Assembly: GCA_035656915.1 (NCBI GenBank)
Contig: DASRRJ010000018.1
Location: 49,816 to 113,815 of the forward strand
DNA length: 64,000 nucleotides
Reading direction: 5' to 3'
Source of the DNA: Anaeromyxobacteraceae bacterium
GTDB taxonomy: Bacteria > Myxococcota > Myxococcia > Myxococcales > Anaeromyxobacteraceae
The first letter of the stretch is position 1; the number at the start of each line of letters is the position of its first letter. Under the pieces are notes generated by a model, which was not told where the DNA came from, ran no database searches, and worked only from the letters and a program-made list of their open reading frames with translations. The position numbers and the translations under genes are program-made. Shown here in pieces: positions 8,230 to 17,365 of the stretch.

Positions 8230-11171
8230 CGCGCCGGCTCCTGCGGACCGAGCCGCCGCCGCAGCGCCTTCACCTCGGCCAGGTAGGGGGCGTCGGCATC
8301 GGCGCGCGCCCAGAGGCGGAGGAGGTGGTCCGCCGCCTCCCGGGCCCCGTGGCGCTCTCCCAGGCGCTCCCGGGCCAGCGCCTCCAGGTAGAAGCTCCGG
8401 GGGTACATCCAGCTGCGCGCCACGCCGCCCGGCACCCGCCGGAACCGCTCGAGCGCGGCGGCCGCCTCCGCGTCCCGTCCGCTCGCGAGGGCCCACTCGC
8501 CCAGGAGCCAGAGCGCCGGCCCGCGCACGTCGAGGCTGGGGCGCTCCGCGAGGGCCCGCACCGAGCCCAGCGCCGCGGCCCGCTCGCCGCGCCGCCACGC
8601 CGCCGCCGCGTCGAAGAGCTGCCGGCCCTCGCCGGGCGGGAGCTCCGCCGCCGCGGCCTTCGCCTCCTCGGCGGCGCCGCTGAGCTCGAGCGCCAGCGGC
8701 AGGCCGCCCCAGTGCGGCTTCGGCGCCTTCCAGAGCCGGAGCGCCTCGGCGCGAGCCGCGTCCTGCGAGCGGTCGCCGAGCAGAAAGGCCAGGCGCTGCG
8801 CGGAATGCTCGGGGGTCATGGGCAGCTCCCGCGGCAGGCCGTCGAGGGCGCGCTGCGCCTCGCGCAGCCGCCCCTGGTAGGAGAGCTGGTTCGCGAGCAG
8901 ATAGAGCCCCTTGATCCGCTCCAGCCCCTGGCCGCGCTCCGCCGACGGGCGGACCAGGGCCTCGGCCTCGGGGTAGCGCTCGGCGAGGGCCAGCGCGTCC
9001 GCCAGCGCGGCGCGGGAGTGATGGCCGCCGTCGAGCTCCAGCGCGCGGCGGTCGTCGGCGACGGCGTCCTCCATCCGACCCGCGGCCTCGGCCCCCTGCG
9101 CGCGGGCGCGCCAGGCGGCGGCGCTCGCGGGCGCCTGCTCCACCCAGCGCCGGCTGCGCGCCTCCAGCTCGGCGCCGCGGCCCATCGAGAAGAGGCTGTC
9201 CATCAGGTGGAGCAGCGCCGGTTCCCAGGTGGGGTCGAGCGCCAGGGCCCGCTCGAAGAGCGGCAGCGCCTCCTCGGTCCGGCCCTCGTGGAAATAGAGG
9301 TCGGCCGCCATGTAGAGGGCGTCCTTGTCCTGCGGGTAGGCGGCGACGGCCTGTGCGTAGAGCCCGTGCGCCTCCTCGTTGCGCCCGTCCATGTGCGCCT
9401 TCCAGGCGCGGATGAGGAGCCGCTCCTTCTCCGGCGCCCGCTGCGCGTCACGCAGCGCCTCCTCGATCTCCGCCTTGCGGGTGGCGGCGTCGAGCCCGGT
9501 GAACTCCCCCAGGTAGGCGATCTGGTAATGGGCGAGGCTGAAGGAGGGGTCGGCCGCGATGGCGCGCCGGAACCCGGCGAGCGCCTCCTCGTACCGGGTG
9601 GCGTCCATGGCCTGCTCGCCGTGGAAGTAGGCAGAGTAGGCCTCGAAGCTGCCGGTGGTGGCGGCGGCCACCTGCACCCGCGAGGCCTTCACCTCGGCCG
9701 GCGTCTCGCGCAAGAGCGTGCGGGTCCGCTCCGAGAGCCGGTCGATCATGCCGGGGACGCTCGCCTTGCCGCGCCCCTCCTCCTTGAGCGTGAAGAGGTA
9801 CTCGCTCGTGTCGGGGTCGAGCGCCTTGAGCTCGATGGCGTAGAGCTGGTCGAAGCGGTGGATGGTGGCGAGCACCAGGGCCCGCGCCCCGGCGCTGCGG
9901 GCCACCTCCCGGCCGAGCGGCTCGTCCACCCCGCCCGCGCTCTCCTTCCCGAGCTGGCGGAGGAGGTCGAGCATGCGCACGCGGGTGAGCACCGCGAGGC
10001 GGCGCGACTGCTCGAGGGAGGTGATGAGCATGCCGGAGAGGCCCGACAGCTCCGGGTCGCCGGTCTGGTTCACGAAGTCGGCGACCGCCACGGTGATCCG
10101 CTCGGACGGCACCGCCGCCAGCTCCCGAGGGGGGGCGACGCCGCGGCGATAGGCCAGCCCCAGCGCGAGGCCGGCGACGAGCAGGAGCGCCAGGGCCACG
10201 GGCCACCACCGGGCGAGCCTCCGGTGGGCTCGCACCGGGCCGCCGGGGGCGGGCGGGGTGCGCTCGAGCTCGCCGCGGAAGGCGGCCAGCGCCGCCGCCA
10301 CGTCGCCGGCGTCGCGGGGGCGGTGCACCGGGTCCTTCGAGAGCATGCGGGCGATGAGGGTGCCCACCGCGGGGACGCCGGGCACCTCGAGCGCCGGCGG
10401 CGCCCGCACCCTGCTGGCCGCCTTGCCGCGATCGCCCTCGGGGAAGGGGAGCCGCCCCGAGAGCAGCCGGTAGAGCATGACCCCCAGCGCGAAGACGTCG
10501 GTGCGCTCGTCCTCCGGTGCCCCGCGCCACTGCTCCGGGGCCATGTAGGCCGGGGTGCCGCCGTCCACCCGTCGCCGGCCGAAGGCGTGGGCGAGGCCGA
10601 AGTCGAGCACCTTCACCTGCCCGTCGGGGCAGAGGAAGACGTTGCCCGGCGTGAGGTCGCGGTGGACCACGCCCTGCCGGTGGGCGCAGGCGAGCCCCTC
10701 CGCGACCGCGTGGGCGATCCGCAGCGCCTCGGCGATCCCGAGCTCCCCCTGCCCGAGGCGCGCGGAGAGCGTCTGACCGCGCAGGAGCTCGAGCACCAGG
10801 TAGGGCCCGGCCTCGCAGCGCCCGACGTCGTAGAGGGTGACGATGTTGGGGTGGGAGAGGCGCGCCGCCGCCTCGGCCTCGCGCAGGAGCTGCTCGTCGA
10901 CCGTGCCGCGGTCGGTGCTCGCGCGCACCGCCTTGAAGGCGACCCCGCGGCCGAGCTCGGTGTCGCGCGCCTCCCAGACCTGGCCGAAGCCGCCACGGCC
11001 GAGCTCCGAGAGGAGCTCGAACCGGCCGACGATCGCCCCGGGCCGGAGCACCTCGTCCCAGGCCGAGCCGCGCGCTCCCTCGGGGAGGCGCGCCAGCTCG
11101 TCCAGGATGGATGACAGCCCTTCGGGCACGCGGGCCTCCGTCGGAAGCACCGCGTAGCCTAACCGGGGCAC
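8226..11171 (-). CDS. Ser/Thr protein kinase with TM segment and C-terminal TPR repeats
   Basis: The Hanks kinase motifs are present: GRGGFGQVW, AFK, HRDLTPGNV, DFGLA and APE. A single TM follows (WWPVALALLLVAGLALGLAY), then roughly 600 aa of TPR-like repeats. The exact start is uncertain (GTG at 11171 is followed by a rare TTA codon). Confidence 0.85.
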   Translation of the reverse strand: MPRLGYAVLPTEARVPEGLSSILDELARLPEGARGSAWDEVLRPGAIVGRFELLSELGRGGFGQVWEARDTELGRGVAFKAVRASTDRGTVDEQLLREAEAAARLSHPNIVTLYDVGRCEAGPYLVLELLRGQTLSARLGQGELGIAEALRIAHAVAEGLACAHRQGVVHRDLTPGNVFLCPDGQVKVLDFGLAHAFGRRRVDGGTPAYMAPEQWRGAPEDERTDVFALGVMLYRLLSGRLPFPEGDRGKAASRVRAPPALEVPGVPAVGTLIARMLSKDPVHRPRDAGDVAAALAAFRGELERTPPAPGGPVRAHRRLARWWPVALALLLVAGLALGLAYRRGVAPPRELAAVPSERITVAVADFVNQTGDPELSGLSGMLITSLEQSRRLAVLTRVRMLDLLRQLGKESAGGVDEPLGREVARSAGARALVLATIHRFDQLYAIELKALDPDTSEYLFTLKEEGRGKASVPGMIDRLSERTRTLLRETPAEVKASRVQVAAATTGSFEAYSAYFHGEQAMDATRYEEALAGFRRAIAADPSFSLAHYQIAYLGEFTGLDAATRKAEIEEALRDAQRAPEKERLLIRAWKAHMDGRNEEAHGLYAQAVAAYPQDKDALYMAADLYFHEGRTEEALPLFERALALDPTWEPALLHLMDSLFSMGRGAELEARSRRWVEQAPASAAAWRARAQGAEAAGRMEDAVADDRRALELDGGHHSRAALADALALAERYPEAEALVRPSAERGQGLERIKGLYLLANQLSYQGRLREAQRALDGLPRELPMTPEHSAQRLAFLLGDRSQDAARAEALRLWKAPKPHWGGLPLALELSGAAEEAKAAAAELPPGEGRQLFDAAAAWRRGERAAALGSVRALAERPSLDVRGPALWLLGEWALASGRDAEAAAALERFRRVPGGVARSWMYPRSFYLEALARERLGERHGAREAADHLLRLWARADADAPYLAEVKALRRRLGPQEPAR

Positions 11172-11199
11172 CAGCGCCCCGGCAGGCCATGTGGGGGCT

Positions 11200-14100
11200 C
11201 TAGAGGAGGCCCGGCTTCCCCTGCTTCCAGCGCTCGAGCTCGGTGGTGAGCAGGGCGACGTGCTCCTGCTCCTCCGCTGCGAGCTCCTTGTAGAGCTCGC
11301 GGGCGGCCGAGCCGGCCGGAGCCTTCTCGACGTTCTCGGTGAAGAACTTCACCGCGCGCTGCTCGAAGAGGATGGCGATCTGGAACAGGCTCGCCGGGTC
11401 CTCCGGGCGGTGGTCGAGGCCGGCGAAGATGGCCGCGGTGCCGATGCGGAAGCCCGCCGAGGGGGGCGGGACCTCCACGTGGTAGCGCCGCTGCAGCGTC
11501 GCCATGTGCTCGGTCTCCATCCCCGCGAACTTGCCGAACAGCTCGCGCAGCACCGGGTCGGACGCCTCCTTGGCCGCCTTCGTGTAGAAGGCCATGCCGC
11601 CGAGCTCGATCTCGAAGGCCACCCGCACGGCGTCGAGGGCGGCGCCCTCGACCTTGCGGTCGTCGAGCGGCGCGAGCTTGCCCTCGCCGCAGATCGGGCA
11701 GAGGCCGTACGGGAAGGCGAAGCCCTCGCTCACCTTGGCGCACTTCTCACAGCGCCAGGACACCTGCGCGGTGGCGCAGCAGATGTACTCCTCGTCGCCC
11801 TCGAGGGGGCGGTGGCACTTCGGACAGGTGCGCACGGGCTCCTCCAGCGCTCCGGCGAGCGCGGTCGCGCCGGCCGGCGCGGGCTTCACCTGGACGGGCG
11901 GCTGGAAGGCCGCCGCCTCCTCGGCGGTGACCGGCCAGCTCTTCTTGCCCTCCTTGAGCCAGGCGGCGATGGAGCGCGCGGCGCGGCGGCCGGCGCCCAT
12001 GGCCAGGATCACGGTGGCGCCGCCGGTCACGATGTCGCCGCCGGCGAAGACGCCGGGCAGGCTGGTGGCCTGGGTGGACTGCGGCTTGCCGTCGTCGGCG
12101 GCGATGTTGCCCCACTTGTTGAGCGCGAGGCCGGGGGTGGACTCGGTGACGATGGGGTTCGCCTTGGTGCCGAGGGCCGAGATGACCGTGTCGCACTCGA
12201 GCGTGTGGAACTCGCCCGTGCCGACCGGCTTGCGGCGCCCCTTCTCGTCGGGCTCGCCGAGCACCATGCGCTCCACCTTCATGCCGGTGACGTTGCCGTC
12301 GTCGTCGGCCAGGATGGCGATGGGGCCGTGGAGGAAGAAGAACTCGATCCCCTCCTCCTTGGCGTGCCGGATCTCCTCGATGCGGGCCGGGGCCTCGGCC
12401 TCGGAGCGGCGGTAGACGCAGCGCACCGTCGGGGCGCCGAGCCGCTTCGCCACGCGCAGGCAGTCCATGGCGGTGTTGCCGGCGCCGATCACCACCACGC
12501 TCTTGCCGAGGCGGATGGGGGTGTCGAGGTAGGGGAACTTGTCCCCGCCCATGAGGTTCACGCGGGTGAGGAACTCGTTGGCGCTGTAGACCTGGCCCGC
12601 GTTCTCGCCGGGGATGCCGAGGAAGGCCGGGGCTCCGGCGCCGACGCCGAGGAACACCGCGTCGTAGCCCTTCTCCTCGAGGAGCTGCGGGACGGTGAAG
12701 GTCTTGCCGATGACCTTGTTGGTCTCGATCTTCACGCCCGAGTCGCGCAGCTGCTTCACCTCGCGGGCGATGATGTCGCGCGGGAGGCGGAAGGACGGGA
12801 TGCCGTACTGGAGCACGCCGCCCACCACGTGGAGCGCCTCGTAGACCGTGACGTCACAGCCGAACTTCACGAGATCGGCGGCGGCGGCCAGGCCGGCCGG
12901 GCCGGAGCCGCAGATGGCGACCCTGCCGAGCCGGTCCTGCGCCCGGAACACCGGCGGGGAAGCCTTGGGCATGGCGGCGTTGTCGCCCACGAACCGCTCC
13001 AGGCGGCCGATGCCCACCGACTCCATCTTCTTGTTGATGATGCACTGCGACTCGCACTGCGTCTCCTGCGGGCAGACGCGGCCGCAGACCGACGGGAAGG
13101 CGTTCGACTCGCGGATCACCGCGGCGGCGCCGTCGATGTCGCGCACCAGCAGGTGGCGGATGAAGCGCGGGATGTCGATCGACACCGGGCAGCCGGCCAC
13201 GCAGGTGGGCTTCGCGCACTGGATGCAGCGCTCCGCCTCGCCGAGGGCGTCCTGGAGCGAGTAGCCCAGGTTCACCTCCTTGAAGTTGCGGGCGCGCTCG
13301 TAGGCGTCGCGCTCCGGCATGTGCGCCTGCTTGGGCGCGAGCTCCTTCAGCTTCTTGTAGTTGCGCTTCTCGTCCTCGAAGAGCTGCTTCTCGAGGTTGC
13401 AGACGTGCGCGTAGTCCTGGTTGGCGGCCGCCTCCTGCTCCTTGAAGCGGCGCTGGCGGGCGATGAGCTCCTTGAAGTCCACCTTGTGGCCGTCGAAGTC
13501 AGGGCCCTCGACGCAGGCGAACTTGACCTTGCCGTCCACGGTGACGCGGCAGGAGCCGCACATGCCGGTGCCGTCCACCATGATGGCGTTGAGGCTCACC
13601 ATGGTCTTCACGCCGAAGGGGCGGGTGGTCTCGACGCAGGCGTTCATCATCGGCAGCGGGCCGATGGCGACGACCAGGTCGGGCTTGTCCTTCTCGCAGA
13701 TCTCCTTGAGCGCCTGGGTGACGAAGCCGGGCTTGCCGTAGCTGCCGTCGTCGGTGCAGACCACCAGGTCGTCGCAGTGCTTCTTGAACTTGTCCTCCCA
13801 GAACACCAGGTCCTTGTTGCGGAACCCGATGACGCCGGTGGTGCGGCAGCCGGCCTCCTTGAAGGCGCGCAGCTGCGGGTAGACCGGGGCGACGCCGAGG
13901 CCGCCGCCGACGAGCACCACGTGGCCGAGCTTGCCGACGTGCTGGGGCAGCCCGAGCGGACCCACGAAGTCGGCGAACTCGTCGCCTTCCGCGTAGTTGG
14001 TCATCATCTCGCGGGTCGTCTTGCCGAGCGCCTGGATCACCATGGTGATGGTGCCCTTCTCCCGGTCGAAGTCGGCGACGGTGAGCGGGATGCGCTCGGA

Positions 14101-14223
14101 GCCGTCGTGCAGACGCAGCATCACGAAGTGCCCGGGCTGGGCGGCGCGGGCGACGTCGGGGGCGTCGACTTCCCAGAGGAAGGTGGTGTCGGAGAAGGCT
14201 TGGCGGCGGACGATCCTGGTCAT
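11200..14223 (-). CDS. Multidomain oxidoreductase: NfnA/SudB-like FNR module + NfnB/GltD-like FAD/NAD(P) + 2x[4Fe-4S] module + Zn-ribbon + rubrerythrin/ferritin-like diiron domain
   Basis: The ORF was trimmed to Met30 (ATG at 14223, GAGGA about 10 nt upstream; MTRIVRRQAFSDTTFLWEVDAPDVA matches the sulfide dehydrogenase/NfnA N-terminus). The FAD/[2Fe-2S] part ends with CGSCRV...C. Ferredoxin-type CxxCxxC...CP motifs follow, then Rossmann GSGPAGLAAA and GAGNTAMD motifs typical of GltD. The C-terminus has CPKCH...CEKC and CPICGEG zinc ribbons. Paired E..EH motifs (FAGMETEHMA, ELAAEEQEHVALL) are diagnostic of a rubrerythrin-like four-helix diiron domain. Confidence 0.75.
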   Translation of the reverse strand: MTRIVRRQAFSDTTFLWEVDAPDVARAAQPGHFVMLRLHDGSERIPLTVADFDREKGTITMVIQALGKTTREMMTNYAEGDEFADFVGPLGLPQHVGKLGHVVLVGGGLGVAPVYPQLRAFKEAGCRTTGVIGFRNKDLVFWEDKFKKHCDDLVVCTDDGSYGKPGFVTQALKEICEKDKPDLVVAIGPLPMMNACVETTRPFGVKTMVSLNAIMVDGTGMCGSCRVTVDGKVKFACVEGPDFDGHKVDFKELIARQRRFKEQEAAANQDYAHVCNLEKQLFEDEKRNYKKLKELAPKQAHMPERDAYERARNFKEVNLGYSLQDALGEAERCIQCAKPTCVAGCPVSIDIPRFIRHLLVRDIDGAAAVIRESNAFPSVCGRVCPQETQCESQCIINKKMESVGIGRLERFVGDNAAMPKASPPVFRAQDRLGRVAICGSGPAGLAAAADLVKFGCDVTVYEALHVVGGVLQYGIPSFRLPRDIIAREVKQLRDSGVKIETNKVIGKTFTVPQLLEEKGYDAVFLGVGAGAPAFLGIPGENAGQVYSANEFLTRVNLMGGDKFPYLDTPIRLGKSVVVIGAGNTAMDCLRVAKRLGAPTVRCVYRRSEAEAPARIEEIRHAKEEGIEFFFLHGPIAILADDDGNVTGMKVERMVLGEPDEKGRRKPVGTGEFHTLECDTVISALGTKANPIVTESTPGLALNKWGNIAADDGKPQSTQATSLPGVFAGGDIVTGGATVILAMGAGRRAARSIAAWLKEGKKSWPVTAEEAAAFQPPVQVKPAPAGATALAGALEEPVRTCPKCHRPLEGDEEYICCATAQVSWRCEKCAKVSEGFAFPYGLCPICGEGKLAPLDDRKVEGAALDAVRVAFEIELGGMAFYTKAAKEASDPVLRELFGKFAGMETEHMATLQRRYHVEVPPPSAGFRIGTAAIFAGLDHRPEDPASLFQIAILFEQRAVKFFTENVEKAPAGSAARELYKELAAEEQEHVALLTTELERWKQGKPGLL

Positions 14224-14375
14224 TGTTCTAGGGTCCTCGCAGTAGCCCCGAAACGGTCCAATTCCCGCTCGGGGTGAACCTTCGTACGCGAACACGCCGG
14301 CTGTGGTCAAATGGGCGTAAACTGGACGGGAAAGGTCCGGTTAGAGACCCGCGATTTCACTCCGAGCGGGAGCGG

Positions 14376-15461
14376 TCACCAGCGCTCGTCAGCCCCTTTT
14401 GGGGCTAGCGGCCAGGGAGGCGCGGAACGGCCGTTTATCGTCGTCCCTCCGTGGAAGAAGGGGGCGCCGTTGGCGATGAAGTCGGCCGGGAAGTCGAGCC
14501 GGGGGGCGGTGAGGGCGTCGAGGCGGGCCACCTGTCCGGGGGTGAGCCGGACGTCGGCGGCGCCGAGGTTGTCGTCGAGCTGGGCCAGGGTGCGGGCGCC
14601 GATGATGGTGGAGGTGACCCCCGGGCGGCCCTGTACCCAGGCGATGGCCACGCGCGACACGGTGGTGCCGAGCTCGGCGGCGATCTCCCCGAGCGCGTCG
14701 AGCAGGTCGTAGGTCTTCTCGCCGAGGTTGCGGGTGGCCCAGTCGCCCCGGCCGGCCTGCTGCCGCCCGTGCTCCTCGCGCCGGTACTTGCCGGAGAGCG
14801 CGCCGCTCTTGAGCGGCGACCAGGGGGTGACCCCCATCCCGAGCTCGCGCGCCATCGGCACCAGCTCGCCCTCGACGGTGCGCTCCAGCAGCGAGTACTC
14901 GACCTGGATGGCGACCAGCGGGGACCAGCCGTGAAAGCGCGCCAGCAGCTGCGCCTCGGCGCACTTCCAGGCGGGCGTGTCGGAGAAGCCGACGTAGCGG
15001 ACCTTGCCCGCGCACACCAGGTCGTCGAGCGCGCGCATCGTCTCGTCGATGGGCGTGGTGGCGTCCCACGAGTGCATCCAGTAGAGGTCGACGTAGCCGG
15101 TCTGCAGCCGGCGCAGGGACTGCTCGCAGGCGGCGACGAGCGACTTCCGGCTGGCGCCGCCGCCGTTGGGATCGCCGGGGTAGAGGTTGGAGAAGAACTT
15201 GGTGGCGAGCACCACCCGGTCGCGCTTCTCGGGGTACCGCCCGAGGTGGTCGCCGATGATCTTCTCGGAGTGGCCCTTGGTGTAGGCGTTGGCGGTGTCG
15301 ATGAAGTTGCCGCCGCGCTCCAGGAAGCGGTCGAGGATGGCCTCGGAGTCGGCCACGCTCGAGCCCCAGCCCCAGTCCTCGCCGAAGGTCATGGCGCCGA
15401 GGCAGAGCGGGGAGACGCGCAGGCCGGAGCGGCCCAGGGTGACGTAGTGGTCGAGGGGCAT
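14376..15461 (-). CDS. Aldo/keto reductase family oxidoreductase
   Basis: 361 aa. The N-terminal LGRSGLRVSPLCLGAMTFG, IDTANAY...GHSE, GKVRYVGFS and the substrate loop are typical of AKR (Tas/YghZ-like). Confidence 0.9.
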   Translation of the reverse strand: MPLDHYVTLGRSGLRVSPLCLGAMTFGEDWGWGSSVADSEAILDRFLERGGNFIDTANAYTKGHSEKIIGDHLGRYPEKRDRVVLATKFFSNLYPGDPNGGGASRKSLVAACEQSLRRLQTGYVDLYWMHSWDATTPIDETMRALDDLVCAGKVRYVGFSDTPAWKCAEAQLLARFHGWSPLVAIQVEYSLLERTVEGELVPMARELGMGVTPWSPLKSGALSGKYRREEHGRQQAGRGDWATRNLGEKTYDLLDALGEIAAELGTTVSRVAIAWVQGRPGVTSTIIGARTLAQLDDNLGAADVRLTPGQVARLDALTAPRLDFPADFIANGAPFFHGGTTINGRSAPPWPLAPKGADERW

Positions 15462-15517
15462 CCGCGTTGCCTAACCGCGGCCGGCCGCGCGGCGCTTCCC
15501 TGTCGGGGGCGGCGCGC

Positions 15518-16135
15518 CTATCCCCGCATCCAGGCCTTGAGCGCGGGGACGGTCTTCTTCGCCCAGCCGCGTCCAGCGCGCACCTCGAGGAAGTCCCCCG
15601 CGAGCGCGTCCACGACGGCGGAGAGCTGCTCGACGAGGTGGAGCCGCTCCTGCAGGCGGTCGTCCTCCTCCTCGGTGAGGAGCTCGGGGAGCTTCGCGCT
15701 CCGCACGTCGAGGAACTCGGCGTCGAGCGTCGCCTCGTACGCCCGCTCGCCGTGCGAGAAGCGCAGCCGGGCCTGGTGCACCAGCAGCCCCTCGTCGAGC
15801 GCGTGCTTCACCTGGGCCGAGTAGGGGGCCTGCGCGCCGCGGGCGGCGACCTCGACCACGTCGCCCTGCACGCCGCGCAGGAGGAGCTTCGAGATGAAGA
15901 GCACCGTCACGCCGGTCCCCTCGAGCTCGACCAGCGGCTCGCCGGCCTCGGAGCGCCAGAGCAGCCAGGTGAGGAACTCGCGACCGAGCCAGGCGCGGTT
16001 GCGAATGAGCTGCTCGCGCGCCTTGCCGCGCTCCACCTCGGCCTCGTCCCGCTCCTCGCGGTCGGTGGCCTGGCCGTCCACGCCGACGTCGCCGCGCAGG
16101 AAGGCGGCCTCCTCCCTCGCCTCACGCCTCGCCAC
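15518..16135 (-). CDS. Hypothetical protein (possible C-terminal part of an RdgC-like protein; GTG start)
   Basis: 205 aa, acidic, with high GC3. It overlaps the upstream ORF by 14 nt in a different frame. The RdgC-like assignment is a weak similarity impression. Confidence 0.4.
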   Translation of the reverse strand: MARREAREEAAFLRGDVGVDGQATDREERDEAEVERGKAREQLIRNRAWLGREFLTWLLWRSEAGEPLVELEGTGVTVLFISKLLLRGVQGDVVEVAARGAQAPYSAQVKHALDEGLLVHQARLRFSHGERAYEATLDAEFLDVRSAKLPELLTEEEDDRLQERLHLVEQLSAVVDALAGDFLEVRAGRGWAKKTVPALKAWMRG

Positions 16136-16766
16136 GGTCCACCTCCGCTCCCGAGAGCTCCACGCCGAGCAGCGCGCCGGTGGGCGCGAGCGACTTCCCT
16201 TCGAGGCCGGCCGCGCCGGCGAGCCCGGCCAGGTTCCGCGGGGAGAGCGAGGCCTCGAAGGCCGACTCGATCGCCTCGGAGATCTCGTCCACCACGCCGC
16301 GCGAGGCGGCCCACACCTGCACCGCGCCGGTCTTCCAGCTCAGGCTCACGTCGTGCACCTTGCTCGTCGGCGGCGTGCGCTGGCGCAGCATGCCGCGGAT
16401 GGCGTCCTTGGCGTGGGCCTTCTCCCCCCGGGTCGCCTTGCGCCCGTGCTCCTGCTCGAACTTCGCGAGCCAGCGCCCGAGCTCCGCCTTGAGCTGGGGG
16501 GCGGGGATCTTGATCTGGTCCACGCGCCAGCCGAAGAGCGCGTACTCGCCCTCGAGGCCGGCGCCGGCGGCGAAGGTGGTCGAGTCGTGGTCCTCCAGCT
16601 CGACGAAGCCGGCGGAGCGGTCCTCGGCACCTGCGGCCGGATCGAGCGGCTGGAACGCGCCCTGCTTGAGGGCGCGGGAGAGCCAGCGGCGGGTGTCGGT
16701 GGAGGCCGTCTTGGGCAGCTCGGCCTGGAAGCGGGCGAAGGTGACGGTGCCTGCGAGGAGGGGCAT
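16122..16766 (-). CDS. Hypothetical protein (possible N-terminal part of an RdgC-like protein)
   Basis: The ORF was trimmed to Met100 (MPLLAGTVTFARFQAELPK...). The upstream 99 codons are Arg-rich junk. 214 aa. The gene ends by overlapping the next ORF. Confidence 0.4.
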   Translation of the reverse strand: MPLLAGTVTFARFQAELPKTASTDTRRWLSRALKQGAFQPLDPAAGAEDRSAGFVELEDHDSTTFAAGAGLEGEYALFGWRVDQIKIPAPQLKAELGRWLAKFEQEHGRKATRGEKAHAKDAIRGMLRQRTPPTSKVHDVSLSWKTGAVQVWAASRGVVDEISEAIESAFEASLSPRNLAGLAGAAGLEGKSLAPTGALLGVELSGAEVDRGEA

Positions 16767-17365
16767 GGGGGCGGGCAAGATGGGGGAGAGCGGGGCCCGC
16801 GTCAAGCGGGAGCGCGGCGAGGCTCGAGGGCGCCCGAGCGCGGGCCGGTGGGGTGGCCGTGGGGCCGTCCCGCCGATGCGATCGTCGCCGCGCGCCGGCG
16901 GGAGCCCACCGCTGCGGTGCTCGCTCCAGCGGCTCCGCCGGGCGCCGATCATCCGGCGGGTCCGGGGGCGCAGAGCGCTCGACCCCGCTGCGGAGCCGAT
17001 CCTGTGACGGTGCGCGGCTCTGATCCTGGCATGGATGGGCGGACCGGGTTGCCGTCGTGTCACGCGGTCCGATGCCGGACGGCGGCCCGCTTGCGCTGCG
17101 CTCCTCGGGAGGGCTCTCGCCGGCGATTGGGGAGCGGCGTGGAGCCGGCGCGCGCGGATCGGGGCCGCAAGCGTCGCAGCTGGAGCGCGCCGAGGGGCTT
17201 CGCGACGCGAGTCAGCAGCAGCGTCGGCTGTTCGTCGGCGCTCTCCGCGGCCAGCCGTTCACCCGCAGGGGCGCGTTTGCCCACGGGGAGGAATCGGCCG
17301 GAAGAGCGAGCACGGCGCCTTGGCGATCGGCGATTTCGGCTGCCGGAGCGACCCGTCGTCGCCTT

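Noticed and set aside
8325-11114. 929-aa + ORF antisense to the Ser/Thr kinase
   Set aside because: A typical GC-rich shadow ORF. The kinase frame has all Hanks motifs.
11191-14277. 1028-aa + ORF antisense to the Nfn-rubrerythrin fusion
   Set aside because: Shadow ORF. The minus frame carries FAD, Fe-S and diiron motifs.
14385-14404. Perfect hairpin AGCCCCttttGGGGCT
   Set aside because: It lies inside the last codons of the aldo/keto reductase gene (…PLAPKGADERW), so it is not an intergenic terminator.
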